DNA of 64,000 nucleotides, from the NCBI GenBank assembly GCA_964188305.1, contig OZ076899.1, one strand, 5' to 3'. The stretch's first letter is position 1. Every line of letters begins with the position of its first letter. The translations under genes were made by a program, and so were the position numbers. The stretch is from Podarcis bocagei (lineage: Eukaryota). Under the pieces are notes generated by a model. The model worked only from the letters and a program-made list of their open reading frames with translations, was not told the origin of the DNA and did no database searches. Shown here piece by piece: positions 62,739 to 64,000 of this stretch.

Positions 62739-64000
62739 AACTAGACAATCAGAATGGTAACAGTGGACATGTTTCTGCTGTACTTGAACTCATGTTTGCA
62801 GATGTTCCTGAGTTCAGTCCCCACCATCCCCAGTAAAAATAAGAAAAATTGATTGTAGACCTAGGAAAAATCTAGAGAGCTGCTACGAGTCAGATGAACA
62901 GGACTGGGCTAGATGGATACTGGTGTCCTACCCTGGTGCAAGGCAGTTTCTTATGGCAGCTGTATTGGATGTCTTAAGAGCTCCTCACGTCAATTGGACT
63001 GATGCCTCTTGCAGCTTTGACTCTGATGGTGGTGTCTGGCTGGCCATTTGTGAACTAGGTATATGGAATGTTCCAGGCTCCATGTCCAAGATGTAGCTGT
63101 TCCGCAGCAGATGGATTGATCAGTGAAAGGTTCCCCAGAGGCAGAAATTGTGAAAATATCTCCTTTGCAATACTGATCCTACAGAACTGTTGCATTAAAA
63201 AAAAAGCAAACCTTGACATGTTTGTGTAAAATATATCTGTTTCATAAAGTTCTGTGCACATAAATGTGTAGCCTGGTCTCTTCTTTCTAAAACTCTTGCC
63301 ACACTGATCCTATCTCCTGCACCCTTCCCTGCATGCTGTGTAGGAGACCTGGGGTCTCACTTTTGTAGTACACAAGATAAAACAGGTCCCAGGAGCTACC
63401 GCTGCTGTCTCTTCTGATCCAGCTCTGGATTTGAAGCTTACAGGAAGAATCTCTGGATTGGCAGCTGGAAAGCTCTATGGAGTTTGGAACTGGGTCCCTT
63501 GAAATCATTGGGACCTATTTCTGCGAATCCATCAGCAGAGCTTTGGATTCCATGTCCCCTATAGACATGCAGGACAGTTAAGTTGGATCTTGCAGTGTTT
63601 GTGGAGTTAACTTGGCTGGGGCTGTTTGGGTGGGTGGATTGCTCAGCACTGAGACTCCCTTTGCAAATGAAGCATGAATTACTGCTCAACTACATTGGAA
63701 GCTTCATGTAAATAAGCTTGCATAAGGGTCTTTTCTTTCTCTCCCCCCGCCCCCCGATCATGGTGGGTGCCAAGCCACAGCCACAAATGCCTTTGCTGTG
63801 CTACAGTTATGAAACTGATGCCCTTAAATGCAAGTCTATGAACTTTGCCCCTTTAATGCCTTGATGTCTGGATCAGGTGGGGTGTTGTATAAACATATTC
63901 AACTTTAGCTCATTTCCTTTTAGGTCAGAGGCCAAACTAGATGATGTAATTAACAAAGTGTGGAGTGATTATTTAATGTATAAATTGCAGGCTCAGAGAA

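Overview
Eukaryotic, repeat-rich vertebrate DNA from a squamate reptile, probably a lacertid lizard (inferred from Sauria SINEs, BovB, CR1/L2/L1 and Tc1/mariner and hAT MITEs). The window spans the head-to-head FAM81A / MYO1E region. FAM81A lies on the minus strand, with coding exons at 15361-15634, 13709-13827 and 1282-1411 and candidate 5' exons at 18201-18270, 20201-20298 and about 31596-31880. A CpG-island promoter at about 53 kb precedes a plus-strand 'ATG-only' first exon that fits MYO1E. The main unexpected feature is a set of four consecutive, spliceable, open-frame exons (47345-49249, minus strand) encoding part of the DH domain of a divergent ARHGEF11/PDZ-RhoGEF-like protein. They abut a degenerate, LTR-less sushi-type Ty3/Gypsy gag-pol, share the FAM81A strand, and have an in-frame splice path into FAM81A. 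Other oddities are a 99-bp palindromic minisatellite inside a MITE, two divergently oriented solo LTRs 77 bp apart in a CR1, a SINE with a 77-bp target-site duplication, and triple-nested insertions. Homology calls come from recalled protein sequences; no database search was run.
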